A stretch of DNA of 64,000 nucleotides from Antedon mediterranea (Eukaryota; Animalia; Echinodermata). The notes beneath the pieces are model-generated. The model made no database searches and was not told where the DNA came from. It saw nothing but the letters and a program-made list of their open reading frames with translations. The translations under genes were made by a program, and so were the position numbers. The stretch covers positions 17,109,648-17,173,647 of the forward strand of contig NC_092673.1 in assembly GCF_964355755.1 (NCBI RefSeq). Direction: 5' to 3'. Shown one piece after another: positions 10,701 through 25,700 of this stretch (its first letter is position 1; the number at the start of each line of letters is the position of its first letter).

Positions 10701-13700
10701 ATTTTCAATTCAGATTTAGCCCAAGCATAATCTTTACATCATTTAAAAATGACCCAAGTTCACTATTGGTTTCAAAATAATGTTCACCTCAGATTTAGCC
10801 CACAGCACTTAAAAGTGACCAAAGTTCACTATTGGTTTCAAATGATTTTCACTTCAGATTTAACCCAAGCATATTAATGTTTACAGCACTTAAAAGCGAC
10901 CAAAGTTCACTATTGGTTTCAAATGATTTTCACTTCGGATTTAACCCAAGCATAATGTTTACAGCACTTTAAAAGTTCCACATATTGATTTCAAATTATT
11001 ATACTTCAGATTTGAGAAGGAGCATAAAGTTACAGATGGCATAGCAGTGATAAGAACTGTAACCACAACATGGACAGAAGATTATGACGATAGTGGTAAA
11101 CATAAATTAATTTAGCTTTAGTATTTTTGTTATCCTTCTTGCAGTGAATTATGATAAACTATTAACAGATAAATTGGAGATCAATACCTCTACTGACATA
11201 CAGTAGTATATTGTTGGATACTGTATGTTGATATGAACAGTCAAGTAACTTGACTGATTTCTGCATGATTTTTTTTTCCATAATAAATATTAACATTAGG
11301 AACTCCCAGATCGGTAAAATTATTCCGTTGACTACCTAAATTTAAGTTTCAATATTAACCACTAATTGATGTTTAGTTCCATTCCAAAATTGTTTATATC
11401 TACTAAGCTATCTTCTTTGTTTTCTACTCTTACTCCACCCTCTATTAACCAACCTGAGCCACCTTTGTTTTTATTTCTTTTATTCCAGTATATATATTTC
11501 ATGCAATTTAATCATCAAATATCAAGTTATTCACTTAAATCAAACCTAGGGCATACAGAAATGGAAAACTTTGTTTTTTGTTTTTTTCAGGTAATCCCTC
11601 AAAACAGTATACAAAAGTTGTCGCTGACAAACTGAGAGCAAAGAAAACTGAAAACGTATGTCAACAACATTTTATTAAAAACATTAAAATAATACAAAGG
11701 GAATTTCTACCATTATTACTAGCCAAAACTGAAGGCTATATTTTGTTCATGATCAATGGGACTTTAAGTGGATAGTTTTCAATTCTTTTACAATCAAATC
11801 AAAAATAATGTGTTTTGGAAAGTAAATGTATTTTCTATTATATTAAGGTAAATTAGAAGAACATTAATATCTTCTGTGACTATTTATAAGTTTTGTGTTC
11901 ATTTTATGTGTTAGGTTGTTCAGAAACCCCATACAGATGATGTTGGGGTCTACGATGATGATGTTAATCACAACAATAATGATATTAATAGTGATGACAA
12001 CCACAACAATGATATCCAAAACAGTGATATCAATTACAACAATGGTGATAATGAAGACAACCACAACAATGATGACAACCACAACCACAACAATGATGAC
12101 GACAACCACAACAATGACGACAACCACAACAATGATGACAACCACAACAATGATGACAACCACAACAATGATGACAACCACAACAATGATGACAACCACA
12201 ACAATGATGACAACCACAACAATGATGACAACCACAACAATGTTGACAACCACAACAATGATGATGACAACAACCACAACAATGATGATGACAACCACAA
12301 CAGTGATGACAACCACAACAATGATGACAACCACAACAATGATGACAACCACAACAATGATGACAACCACAACAATGATGACAACCACAACAATGATGAC
12401 AACAACCACAACAATGATGACAACAACCACAACAATGATGATGACAACCACAACAATGATGACAACCACAACGATGAAAATGATGACAACCACAACAATG
12501 ATAATAATCATGAAAAACAGAGCAGTGGTAATGATTATTTTTTTGTAACTTTTTTAAACAATAGTTGTAAAAATGATGTAATATCGATGATAAACCTCTT
12601 TAATGACTGTAATATAACATGTGCAATCCTGGGAGTTAATTGGAAGGTAATACTGTATCAGCTGTATTAGAAATGTTATTGTTCTTTACAAGAAGTAATA
12701 ATTATTAGTTACAAATTAATTTGTATTTCTAGTAGAAGTATTTTATAACCTGACTAAAGGACTAAAGAATTTAATTGTATTTATATGATTAAATTCAAGT
12801 AAAATAATCACAACTGCTATACAATTTATAAAGAATGAGTACAACAGAGATAATGATAATTGTACGCACGCGCTCCAGAGATCAAATTGATACGCCCTTA
12901 ACTTTAAATATATGGATTATATATATGGATTTACAAAGCGGGATCTCAGGAGACATACTTTTACATATATAAACATCACAGGCACATAATAAATTCTAAA
13001 CAGCCCGGTGATATACTGAAATTTAATTAATTAATTTGAAACAATAAAGATGAGGAAATCTATGCATGATAAGGAGTGCATGTGGTGTATTTACAACAAA
13101 AATCTGTTTTAGCTACAGGTACTGGCATTCCTGTTGATACAGATCAGCAGTTAGATAAAGATGTAATTCAGGATATTGAGGAAAATAAGGAGGAAACCTT
13201 GAAAGACACGTTTAACATCTGGGATCATGGCGGACAATTGATATACCATGGTCTACATCGTGTAAGTTATGATATATGTATTTTTCTGTTTATTATACAT
13301 GGTATTCATAAACATAATAGTAACATTATTATTGATATGCAGCCATTGCTCAAATATCTGCACAAAGGCTCTGTAAGAAGTATTCAATTAGTTCAATACA
13401 AAAACTACAGTATGTTGGCAGTTTGACTGAGAAATGTAGTAACCTATGGAAATACAAATATACAGTTCATTTTAGTGAAAAAATCTTGCTAGTATTTACT
13501 TACTTGTCTTCTCATCTGCCACTTGGAAGGTACATGACAGTCGTCTTCCTCCACACTTCTATTTAGTGCTGCTTCTTTTAGTTCAGATTATGTATTTATA
13601 TTGTTTACTCTATCTAGAATATCTATCCTTTTCCTTTCTCTTCTTTTACCACCATATCTTTTCTCTCACAATTTTTAGTAGTCCTTTAATTCTATGTCAT

Positions 13701-16700
13701 ATTCCTTTGCTATCCTTTTTATTTGCCTTTCCTCTATCTCAATCAATATGTCATCATTCTCTTCTGTGCTGAGTATGTTGTGTTTTTAACATTTTTCTCA
13801 AGCACCACATCTCAAAAGCATTAATCGTGCATACTTCTTTATCTGTCGTCCTGTTTCACATCAATACATACTGCAGGTGACACACATGACTTTAGTTTTT
13901 CTATATTTGATATTTATTTAATAATTGTTTTATGCTTCATTTATTCTATCCATTAGTATTATTATTCTTTGACAATTCACTTTTAAAAGCTAGCCAAAAA
14001 TTGCTATTTACAGTAATCTTTTTATGAAAAATGATTTTGTTTTTAATCTGTACAAATTATAGTTTTTTAGGTGACTTATTGTATAGCTTTAGGAAAATTT
14101 ATGCAAAAATATTGTTTATGAATTTGTACCAGAGAAGAAGTGTTGCCTAGAAAGAGTAATACAAATTGTATTTATCAGTTTAATCAGTAAAATACTTGCT
14201 TCTTGCAGATGTTCATGACATTACAAGCACTTTATATTGTAGTGTTCGATCTCAGTGTAGACCTTGAGAAGCGTGCTATTGTCATTGATCCTAATGGAGT
14301 AAGTATTTCTAGGCCATGTAAAGTAATATATAGTATTGTAGTTATTGTGGTGGAAAAGTCTTCTTGAAAAAAGACATATTCTATACATTGCAAAGACTTC
14401 TGTTCAAATATTTTGTTACCAAGCTAATCGTGGATAAAATCATTAAATTGTGTGATTTTATTTTTTCAGGTTAAACGTGAACATCATTGGTCCAACCTCC
14501 AGTTCATATTATCTTACATCCTGTCAGTTTATTCTCATAGTCGTATTTTGGGAAAAAACAAAGCAAAGGGAGTTCACAAACCAACTATCCTTATTGTGGG
14601 TACACATACGGGTAAGCTTGGTAAGACTGAAAAAGAACAAAATGATGAGGTAATACTACTACTTCTATGTTTACGTTTACTGAAATTATTAACTAGCAAG
14701 AATACATTGCAGGTTTATAAGCAAATTAATGTAAAGAAACTGACAACTGGAATAGTGTATCAATTAATTTATATATATTATTATTTATTATAATTCATAA
14801 AGAAGTTTTTGAATATTAATTAGAATAAATTACAGTAAATTGACCCATGTCCTACATTTTTTATTATTAGTCAAAAAAGGTATTTAAAAAGCTTCGACAT
14901 GCACTTAGAGAGAAAGTGTATGAAGAACATGTCTACCACAAATATTTTGCCATCGAAAACAGTGAAGAAACAACAGATGATAGCTTTAGTGAACTGAAAA
15001 AGGTTATTGATGAGTTTATGTTAGATTTAGAAAAGCTTGTTCCTTTGAAGTGGATGCGTTTTCGATGTGACATACATAAACTAAGGAGAGAAAAACACTT
15101 TTCTTTGTGTCCTGTTGAAGAGGTAAATTTACGTTAGTGTTTTGTTTTCAGAATAGAAATGTGTTGAAAATAATGAAATCTAAAAAAGCATAAACAAGAG
15201 AATCTTCCCACAAAAACAATATTGATTGCTAATATGGTCCTAATCATGTCTGAAAGAATCATGAGCCAGACCACTTGTAATACCTGGAATATTCACTGCA
15301 ATGTTACCTCAGTGATGGCGCCAGGGAGGGTTAGTTGGCTACGGGGGCTCTAGCCCCTGGTCGGGGAGCCTAGAATATGCCCCAGCAACCACTACAGCAA
15401 AATTATGTTCACGATCTATTGTTTGTCTGTTCACCAATTTTTTAATTTACAATTAACCCTTGGAGTACCTAAAATACACATTTCACTGTATGCCTACATT
15501 TTTAAACAAAAAAAAACATTTTATTTTCGTTTAGCCAACATCTTTATTTAAGTTATTACATACTTACTTACATATTTCATTAACTTCTCATCGTACAATA
15601 TGGTACGCACGCATATACATCTTGGAAATAAACTGATTTCACCTATGGAAAATGGTCTATACTTGCGGATGCATTCCCCTCCAAATAAAAGCCAAATTGG
15701 CCACCTTTTTAGGCCTCTAGGCCTGATATTTTTTAAATATAAGTGTCATTTTTGTAGATTTGCAGCTCTAGTTTTCAAAATTTTCATTTCGTTTCATATT
15801 TCGAAGTATACAGTCAGTGCATTGTATAGGGACCTAAGAGCTCTATTTTTTTTTTTAGCTCAGTCCCAACCATGAGGTAGGGCTGGTCCTGGAGAAATAT
15901 ATATATATTTTATATAATCAAAAGATTTTATCCTGTAAAGGACAACAATGTTGTTACAAATGCATACCTACCTATGATTTCATATTTTATTTAAATCTGA
16001 ATAGTAATAACATTTTTCTTTAGCTTAAAATGCTAGCAAGTGAGAATGGTATTGCAGATGAATCAATCCTTCTTACCTTCCTGTATGATCTTGGTGAAAT
16101 TGTTTACATGCCTGACAACAAATTATTGACAGATAAAGCAGTGTTAGATCCAATGCAGCTAGTGGAAATTGTTACTGCTTTTGTAACAGTCATTACACCT
16201 GAAATTCCAGTAAGTAGGTTCATAAAAAATTTAATTCAGTGTTCCTTGGGGAATAGAGGTATATGTGAATTCCTATAGGCACTGTAGTATCAAAAGCAAT
16301 ATCTGACAGTTACATAGAGTGGTATATTGCATATTAGATGTGAAATATTAGATGTGTATGGGCTAAACTATGTCATTTCATCTATAAGTATTTATCCATA
16401 TTATGTTTTTTTTTAAACATAATTCCTGCATCCCCTTCAGATTCTAACACAAAATTATAAGTATGGCTAGTTAGTGGTGTTTTTTTTTAGCTTCCCATGT
16501 TTAGGAAAGCTTTTGACGATGGAAAGAATTTCAAGTTCCTTGTAGCACTGATGATTCAATTGGGTTTCATTTGCAAGAGGGAGACAACCAGCAGCCAAGA
16601 TAGGGCAAGTACATCTACAGTAGGTTTTGTTACCTTATCTTTTCTAACATGTTTTGCATGCAATATTATGTATAAATAATGATTTTTGGTATGATAAATA

Positions 16701-19700
16701 TATACATTCATTTCATTATTGAAATTTTACATAAAATTTTAAAACATTTTTAGGCTTCATAAATATTTTGATTAAACTTTCTGCTGAAGATTTTTAAACA
16801 TGTACAGGAAATGATCTTTAGTTTTCATTAAAATAATTGTAAATGACATTTTACAAATCAACAATTTCAGGAATCTGTTGGAAAGCGATCATTTTTTGTG
16901 CCACTACGCCTTGCTTTTAAGACATCAAGTGAAGTGAAAGCAGTGCCTGATAAATTTCCAGCTATCAGTATCTATTACGACTTTAAGGGATATCTGCCAG
17001 ATGTATTGTTTCCATACATGATTATTGATTTCCTCAACAAATTTCAAAAGGAAGGCGTTGACCCAATACTGTCATATAATCATGCTGCACTTTACTTCAA
17101 CCAAGATCATCATGTGACCTTATCTCTTGTCAAATTTGTGACTACAGAGGATGAAAGAAATTTCTTGTTAAAGGTATAGGCCTACTGTATCATATATTTT
17201 CTTGTGATTATGTCATAATTTAATCTAAGCATCTATATATAAATTATGGTTAATTCTGACATAGGCGAGCACAATGCAAAAACTTCTCTACAAATCTCCG
17301 CCTTGGATACCTACCTTATCTATCCGAGATGTACCGCCAAACGTAGATTTGATAACATTAGTGTGCACGCCGACGCTATTGTTCCATATTTATATCTTAG
17401 GAAGATATTATAAAGAGTTTTTTAACAACATTTATGATTTCAACATTGGATTTTCCTCTCAATTTCAATTCTTCCCGGTCAAAGTAATTTCCGGGTTTAA
17501 GATAAGTTCACCTTAGTTTCAAATATTTTCTCTCTTTTATACACAAGGGAGCAGTTAAAATAATAGATTTGACCCTAAAGGTGACTGGAAACAGGCACTT
17601 TCCATCAATCAATACAGTGTCCCTTTGGAAGACGAAAAAAAAATTGGCCATTAATCATAGCCATTTCAGTTTTTTGTTTATTTTAAAACATACCACACGT
17701 GTGTGAAGGTACAGTAGTTAAATAATAGGAATTGTACTGCAAATTAATAAAGATCAAATTAAATATACGCCATAAAGAATCAGAATATATTGTGGGGAAT
17801 AGTATTATAAAATTACATAGGGAGATTTGATAAGACATTTTTCGAGTGAAATCCCGATAGCTGAGTTTTATTGAGTAAGCTTGCAGGAATAACTGTAGGC
17901 TATCTTCCTGTGTCCCGTTAGGACCGAGATGTCTGCCCATGTTGCAAGCCGTAATGTCTTCTTTCTTGGGCCCACTCTGTCACGGCAGTTAGTTTCAAAA
18001 GATGATTAAATTAAATAATGTATTAATAATTATTAGGATGGTATTCATTTGAATAAACGCCTCTCCAATAAAACATCACTTTGAATAATAACCCCCCCCC
18101 CCCCCCCACAACCCAACTATCTAATAAACGTCCATCCACATATTTATAATAACACAATTATACTATTTGTAGTAGAATTCACCGCACTGTTATCTGCAAT
18201 TTACCAAGCATTTGTTATTCTTTTTTACCACTTTTCATATCTATGAGAGGATTTCATTTGATTATAAATGTTAACATATTATTAGAACTAAAAAATTTAA
18301 CATATATCCCTCGAATAAGCACCTCCCTCAAATGACCTCCGCCTCCCCAAAGGGCCCTACCAAACAATAAAAACTATACTTTAAAATGTTATTAATCATC
18401 TAAAACACTGTGAAACAAAGTAGTTCAGTTTTACGAATGTCAAGCATTTTCAATAATGGTAACCGACAGAAAATGTATAAGGAGAACATTATCATTCCGA
18501 GAACCATCGTCTACACTTCCTAGAGGGGGAGCGAGCGAAGCGAGCTCACCCTCTAGTAAACTCAAATTCAGATATCAAAACATACATTTTCTTCTTTTTT
18601 TTCAGGTGACTATTAAAAGAACAAATGCTCTTAATGAAACAAGTAATGAGGAACCCTCTTCTGAAGCATGTAAAGAGGTATTGTTTCATCAGTTTGGACA
18701 ACTATATAATTTTGTTATAGATATTGTTGTTGATATTTGGTTAATAAGTTAATAAAGTTAATAACTTTAATATTTAAAATCATTTTTGTGGAGTGCTTTT
18801 AGAGGTTTCGTTTTAATTTGTCATTGTATTTTGGTGTTTTCAATAATAAAAAACAGTCTATAGCTAAAATGAAAATCTACCACTTATAGAATTAAACTTG
18901 ATGTGTAATTTCAGTTATTAATAATTATAATATTAAATAACAATATTCAATAATAACAATTGATTTGTGGAAATTAAAAAAAAAAAAAAATTACAATGAT
19001 ATAATCTTAATTTAATATCAATTTAAAGTATGAATAACTTAAGGTACAGTTGTTAAAACTAGTTGCATTGGTTTTTCATTGCAATATAGATGCAGATCAA
19101 TAGCACAGCGAAATTGAATGAATATTTTATTTATCTTTGGTAATGATTTTATATGTACAATTTTGATAATTCACTTAAGATGTTTATTTCATTTATTGTT
19201 TTACTTTTCCCTCTTGTAGGCCTAACTGTTATTGTATGTAATATGAAAGTGTTAATGAATATTTTAAAAATGTAAATGTTGCTGATTCAAAAGTTGCTAC
19301 ATTGTGTTATTTTGGTCAATTGCTTGTTGTTGTCACTCAACATTCAATTTGTATTTGTAGGTTTTGTTAACAATCCAGAAGTCATTTGAACCTTCTAAAG
19401 ATGGTGGTAGAAGAGGGATTCAATATGAGAGATGCATACTTTGTGAATGCAGTAATACATCAGAAAAGAAGAACATTCAAAATCTTGGTGATTGCCAGCA
19501 TGAAAAGTTAACATGCTCCAAAACTGGCGTTTTTTTTACGATGGATGTTACACGTTACAAGCGGCTATTAGGAGGTAACTTAGAATAATAATAGTGACAT
19601 AAGGTTAGGAAGAGATTCAGCGGGGTAGTAGCAATAAATAATAATACAATTAGTGCCTGTTCACATGTAGGCGTGAACCTGACGTACGCCTTGCGTATCC

Positions 19701-22700
19701 TAGACAGTGGCGTTATTAAAGACAGCTGCATACCCACCTTAACTAGCACCATGGAGCTAACTCCAGTGATTTCAAGATATTTACCAATTACTTCATGTTT
19801 TTACTGTATCTATTGTAAATGTTATTGCTGCATACCCCACCTTAACTAGCACCATGGAGCTAACTCCAGTGATTTCAAGATATTTACCAATTACTTCATG
19901 TTTTTACTGTATCTATTGTAAATGTTATTGCTGCATACCCCACCTTAACTAGCACCATGGAGCTAACTCCAGTGATTTCAAGATATTTACCAATTACTTC
20001 ATGTTTTTACTGTATCTATTGTAAATGTTATTGCTGCATACCCCACCTTAACTAGCACCATGGAGCTAACTCCAGTGATTTCAAGATATTTACCAAATAC
20101 TTCATGTTTTTACTGTATCTATTGTAAATGTTATTGCTGCATACCCCACCTTAACTAGCACCATGGAGCTAACTCCAGTGATTTCAAGATATTTACCAAA
20201 TACTTCATGTTTTTACTGTATCTATTGTAAATGTTATTGCTGCATACCCCACCTTAACTAGCACCATGGAGCTAACTCCAGTGATTTCAAGATATTTACC
20301 AAATACTTCATGTTTTTACTGTATCTATTGTAAATTTTATTGCTGCATACCCCACCTTAACTAGCACCATGGAGCTAACTCCAGTGATTTCAAGATATTT
20401 ACCAATTACTTCATGTTTTTACTGTATCTATGGTAAATTTTATTGCTGCATACCCCACCTTAACTAGCACCATGGAGCTAACTCCAGTGATTTCAAGATA
20501 TTTACCAATTACTTCATGTATTTACTGTATCTATTGTAAATGTTATTGCTGCATACCCCACCTTAACTAGCACCATGGAGCTAACTCCAGTGATTTCAAG
20601 ATATTTACCAATTACTTCATGTATTTACTGTATCTATTGTAAATGTTATTGCTGCATACCCCACCTTAACTAGCACCATGGAGCTAACTCCAGTGATTTC
20701 AAGATATTTACCAATTACTTCATGTATTTACTGTATCTATTGTAAATGTTATTGCTGCATACCCCACCTTAACTAGCACCATGGAGCTAACTCCAGTGAT
20801 TTCAAGATATTTACCAATTACTTCATGTATTTACTGTATCTATTGTAAATGTTATTGCTGCATACCCCACCTTAACTAGCACCATGGAGCTAACTCCAGT
20901 GATTTCAAGATATTTACCAATTACTTCATGTATTTACTGTATCTATTGTAAATGTTATTGCTGCATACCCCACCTTAACTAGCACCATGGAGCTAACTCC
21001 AGTGATTTCAAGATATTTACCAATTACTTCATGTATTTACTGTATCTATTGTAAATGTTATTGCTGCATACCCCACCTTAACTAGCACCATGGAGCTAAC
21101 TCCAGTGATTTCAAGATATTTACCAATTACTTCATGTATTTACTGTATCTATTGTAAATGTTATTGCTGCATACCCCACCTTAACTAGCACCATGGAGCT
21201 AACTCCAGTGATTTCAAGATATTTACCAATTACTTCATGTATTTACTGTATCTATTGTAAATGTTATTGCTGCATACCCCACCTTAACTAGCACCATGGA
21301 GCTAACTCCAGTGATTTCAAGATATTTACCAATTACTTCATGTATTTACTGTATCTATTGTAAATGTTATTGCTGCATACCCCACCTTAACTAGCACCAT
21401 GGAGCTAACTCCAGTGATTTCAAGATATTTACCAATTACTTCATGTTTTTACTGTATCTATTGTAAATGTTATTGCTGCATACCCCACCTTAACTAGCAC
21501 CATGGAGCTAACTCCAGTGATTTCAAGATATTTACCAATTACTTCATGTTTTTACTGTATCTATGGTAAATGTTATTGCTGCATACCCCACCTTAACTAG
21601 CACCATGGAGCTAACTCCAGTGATTTCAAGATATTTACCAATTACTTCATGTATTTACTGTATCTATGGTAAATGTTATTGCTGCATACCCCACCTTAAC
21701 TAGCACCATGGAGCTAACTCCAGTGATTTCAAGATATTTACCAATTACTTCATGTATTTACTGTATCTATGGTAAATGTTATTGCTGCATACCCCACCTT
21801 AACTAGCACCATGGAGCTAACTCCAGTGATTTCAAGATATTTACCAATTACTTCATGTATTTACTGTATCTATTGTAAATGTTATTGCTGCATACCCCAC
21901 CTTAACTAGCACCATGGAGCTAACTCCAGTGATTTCAAGATATTTACCAATTACTTCATGTATTTACTGTATCTATGGTAAATGTTATTGCTGCATACCC
22001 CACCTTAACTAGCACCATGGAGCTAACTCCAGTGATTTCAAGATATTTACCAATTACTTCATGTATTTACTGTATCTATTGTAAATGTTATTGCTGCATA
22101 CCCCACCTTAACTAGCACCATGGAGCTAACTCCAGTGATTTCAAGATATTTACCAATTACTTCATGTATTTACTGTATCTATTGTAAATGTTATTGCTGC
22201 ATACCCCACCTTAACTAGCACCATGGAGCTAACTCCAGTGATTTCAAGATATTTACCAATTACTTCATGTATTTACTGTATCTATGGTAAATGTTATTGC
22301 TGCATACCCCACCTTAACTAGCACCATGGAGCTAACTCCAGTGATTTCAAGATATTTACCAATTACTTCATGTATTTACTGTATCTATTGTAAATGTTAT
22401 TGCTGCATACCCCACCTTAACTAGCACCATGGAGCTAACTCCAGTGATTTCAAGATATTTACCAATTACTTCATGTATTTACTGTATCTATGGTAAATGT
22501 TATTGCTGCATACCCCACCTTAACTAGCACCATGGAGCTAACTCCAGTGATTTCAAGATATTTACCAATTACTTCATGTATTTACTGTATCTATTGTAAA
22601 TGTTATTGCTGCATACCCCACCTTAACTAGCACCATGGAGCTAACTCCAGTGATTTCAAGATATTTACCAAATACTTCATGTTTTTACTGTATCTATTGT

Positions 22701-25700
22701 AAATGTTATTGCTGCATACCCCACCTTAACTAGCACCATGGAGCTAACTCCAGTGATTTCAAGATATTTACCAATTACTTCATGTTTTTACTGTATCTAT
22801 TGTAAATGTTATTGCTGCATACCCCACCTTAACTAGCACCATGGAGCTAACTCCAGTGATTTCAAGATATTTACCAATTACTTCATGTATTTACTGTATC
22901 TATTGTAAATGTTATTGCTGCATACCCCACCTTAACTAGCACCATGGAGCTAACTCCAGTGATTTCAAGATATTTACCAATTACTTCATGTTTTTACTGT
23001 ATCTATTGTAAATGTTATTGCTGCATACCCCACCTTAACTAGCACCATGGAGCTAACTCCAGTGATTTCAAGATATTTACCAATTACTTCATGTTTTTAC
23101 TGTATCTATTGTAAATGTTATTGCTGCATACCCCACCTTAACTAGCACCATGGAGCTAACTCCAGTGATTTCAAGATATTTACCAATTACTTCATGTATT
23201 TACTGTATCTATTGTAAATGTTATTGCTGCATACCCCACCTTAACTAGCACCATGGAGCTAACTCCAGTGATTTTAAGATATTTACCAATTACTTCATGT
23301 TTTTACTGTATCTATTGTAAATGTTATTGCTGCATACCCCACCTTAACTAGCACCATGGAGCTAACTCCAGTGATTTCAAGATATTTACCAATTACTTCA
23401 TGTATTTACTGTATCTATTGTAAATGTTATTGCTGCATACCCCACCTTAACTAGCACCATGGAGCTAACTCCAGTGATTTCAAGATATTTACCAATTACT
23501 TCATGTATTTACTGTATCTATTGTAAATGTTATTGCTGCATACCCCACCTTAACTAGCACCATGGAGCTAACTCCAGTGATTTCAAGATATTTACCAATT
23601 ACTTCATGTATTTACTGTATCTATTGTAAATGTTATTGCTGCATACCCCACCTTAACTAGCACCATGGAGCTAACTCCAGTGATTTCAAGATATTTACCA
23701 ATTACTTCATGTTTTTACTGTATCTATTGTAAATGTTATTGCTGCATACCCCACCTTAACTAGCACCATGGAGCTAACTCCAGTGATTTTAAGATATTTA
23801 CCAATTACTTCATGTATTTACTGTATCTATTGTAAATGTTATTGCTGCATACCCCACCTTAACTAGCACCATGGAGCTAACTCCAGTGATTTCAAGATAT
23901 TTACCAATTACTTCATGTTTTTACTGTATCTATTGTAAATGTTATTGCTGCATACCCCACCTTAACTAGCACCATGGAGCTAACTCCAGTGATTTCAAGA
24001 TATTTACCAATTACTTCATGTTTTTACTGTATCTATGGTAAATGTTATTGCTGCATACCCCACCTTAACTAGCACCATGGAGCTAACTCCAGTGATTTCA
24101 AGATATTTACCAATTACTTCATGTTTTTACTGTATCTATTGTAAATGTTATTGCTGCATACCCCACCTTAACTAGCACCATGGAGCTAACTCCAGTGATT
24201 TCAAGATATTTACCAATTACTTCATGTTTTTACTGTATCTATTGTAAATGTTATTGCTGCATACCCCACCTTAACTAGCACCATGGAGCTAACTCCAGTG
24301 ATTTCAAGATATTTACCAATTACTTCATGTTTTTACTGTATCTATTGTAAATGTTATTGCTGCATACCCCACCTTAACTAGCCCCATGTAGCAAACTCCA
24401 GTGATTTCAAGATATTTACCAATTACTTCATGTATTTACTGTATCTTTTGTAAATGTTATTGCTGATATAAAAACAAGCTACTCAGCTGCTCTTGGCACA
24501 TCGATCTGAAAGTGCATGAATTGTTTATGGTGAAATCAAAGTAAATAATGGCTAAAAGCAGTGACTTTCAGAAAAGAACTGAACTCATCAATTATAAATC
24601 ATGCGCTGACAATAATAAAGATAAAATGGTAAAAAAACAATGTCAGTGTAAAATCTTAAATAGGGACCCTGAGCTAGTAGTTTTAAACTTGTTTACAATT
24701 TAAAAAAAGGTTATTGTTGTTTACAATTTTTCATATATCTACTACTTTTTAAGATGGAAGAAAACCTCCAAAGAAAGAAGAATCAAACCAAGGTAAAGTA
24801 GACATTAATTATGTGTGCCAAAATGGGCATCAATTGTCTTATTCTTATCGAATAATATTCAAATATTAACTGGGTTTAACTGGTTCAAAGATCAAGGTGA
24901 TCAATTTCACAAATAATCACCAGCCATTGTCATTAGTTTAGAATAATGATAAACAAAAACAAACTGTTATAAACACGGAGCTACAAAAGAAATGGTCTAT
25001 ATGGTCTGTCTTTCGTAAATTTAATCAAAAAACCACAATTTGACTATTTTTATTCAGGTATAAATTATTTGGTTTTCAATCCAATTTTTGATCAAACTCA
25101 AAGTGAATAGCTATATGTGACATTAAAATGGCACAAAAAATGTTTAAACATTGTTTTTCAGACTAAATATCTTTAATAATATCTGTTTTTTTAAAGATCT
25201 TTTTAGAAATTGTTACTTCTTTCATTCTACTTGTAATAATATAGATGAAGCCTCTGACATTTTTGTGCATGTTTTTAAAACCTGAATTATATTGATTGTA
25301 TGTCTTTGCATAATATAGACATCTCAGATGAGGATTTCTGGCAACTGTTGACTGATACAGCAGAGTGGTATGATCGACTTGGATATCTCAAGAAATTGAA
25401 ACTTTTATACAAAGACCATCTGAAGAAATCTAGAGTGGAGGTGGAGAGAGCTAATAGTGTTTGGGATCTACTACATGATTTAACAGCCTCTGGAAATTTG
25501 AGTCCATCAAACCTTACTCTTCTATATGACACAATTAAGATAACCGAGCAATTTGGCTTTAGGTCAAATGTTGAGAATCAACCTTCAGAAGATATTAAGG
25601 ATCATGTGGTATCATCGATGTTGACACCTTTCAGACAGAATATTTATCAGCTGGGAGAAGAACTTAAAGAGGATGAAGTATCAAAACTTGATTTCCTCTA

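Noticed and set aside
11864-12548. ORF-track poly-Val/Ile, poly-Thr/Met and (LLWLSS)n proteins
   Set aside because: Alternative frames of the 18-bp repeat; only the D/N/H frame fits the flanking splice phases.
15311-15895. hAT-like element starting CAGTGATGGCGCCAGG
   Set aside because: Right terminus and TSD could not be identified with confidence.
19725-24465. CRISPR-like regular array (also considered for 35521-50362)
   Set aside because: No unique spacers, no cas genes, eukaryotic intron context; these are satellites.
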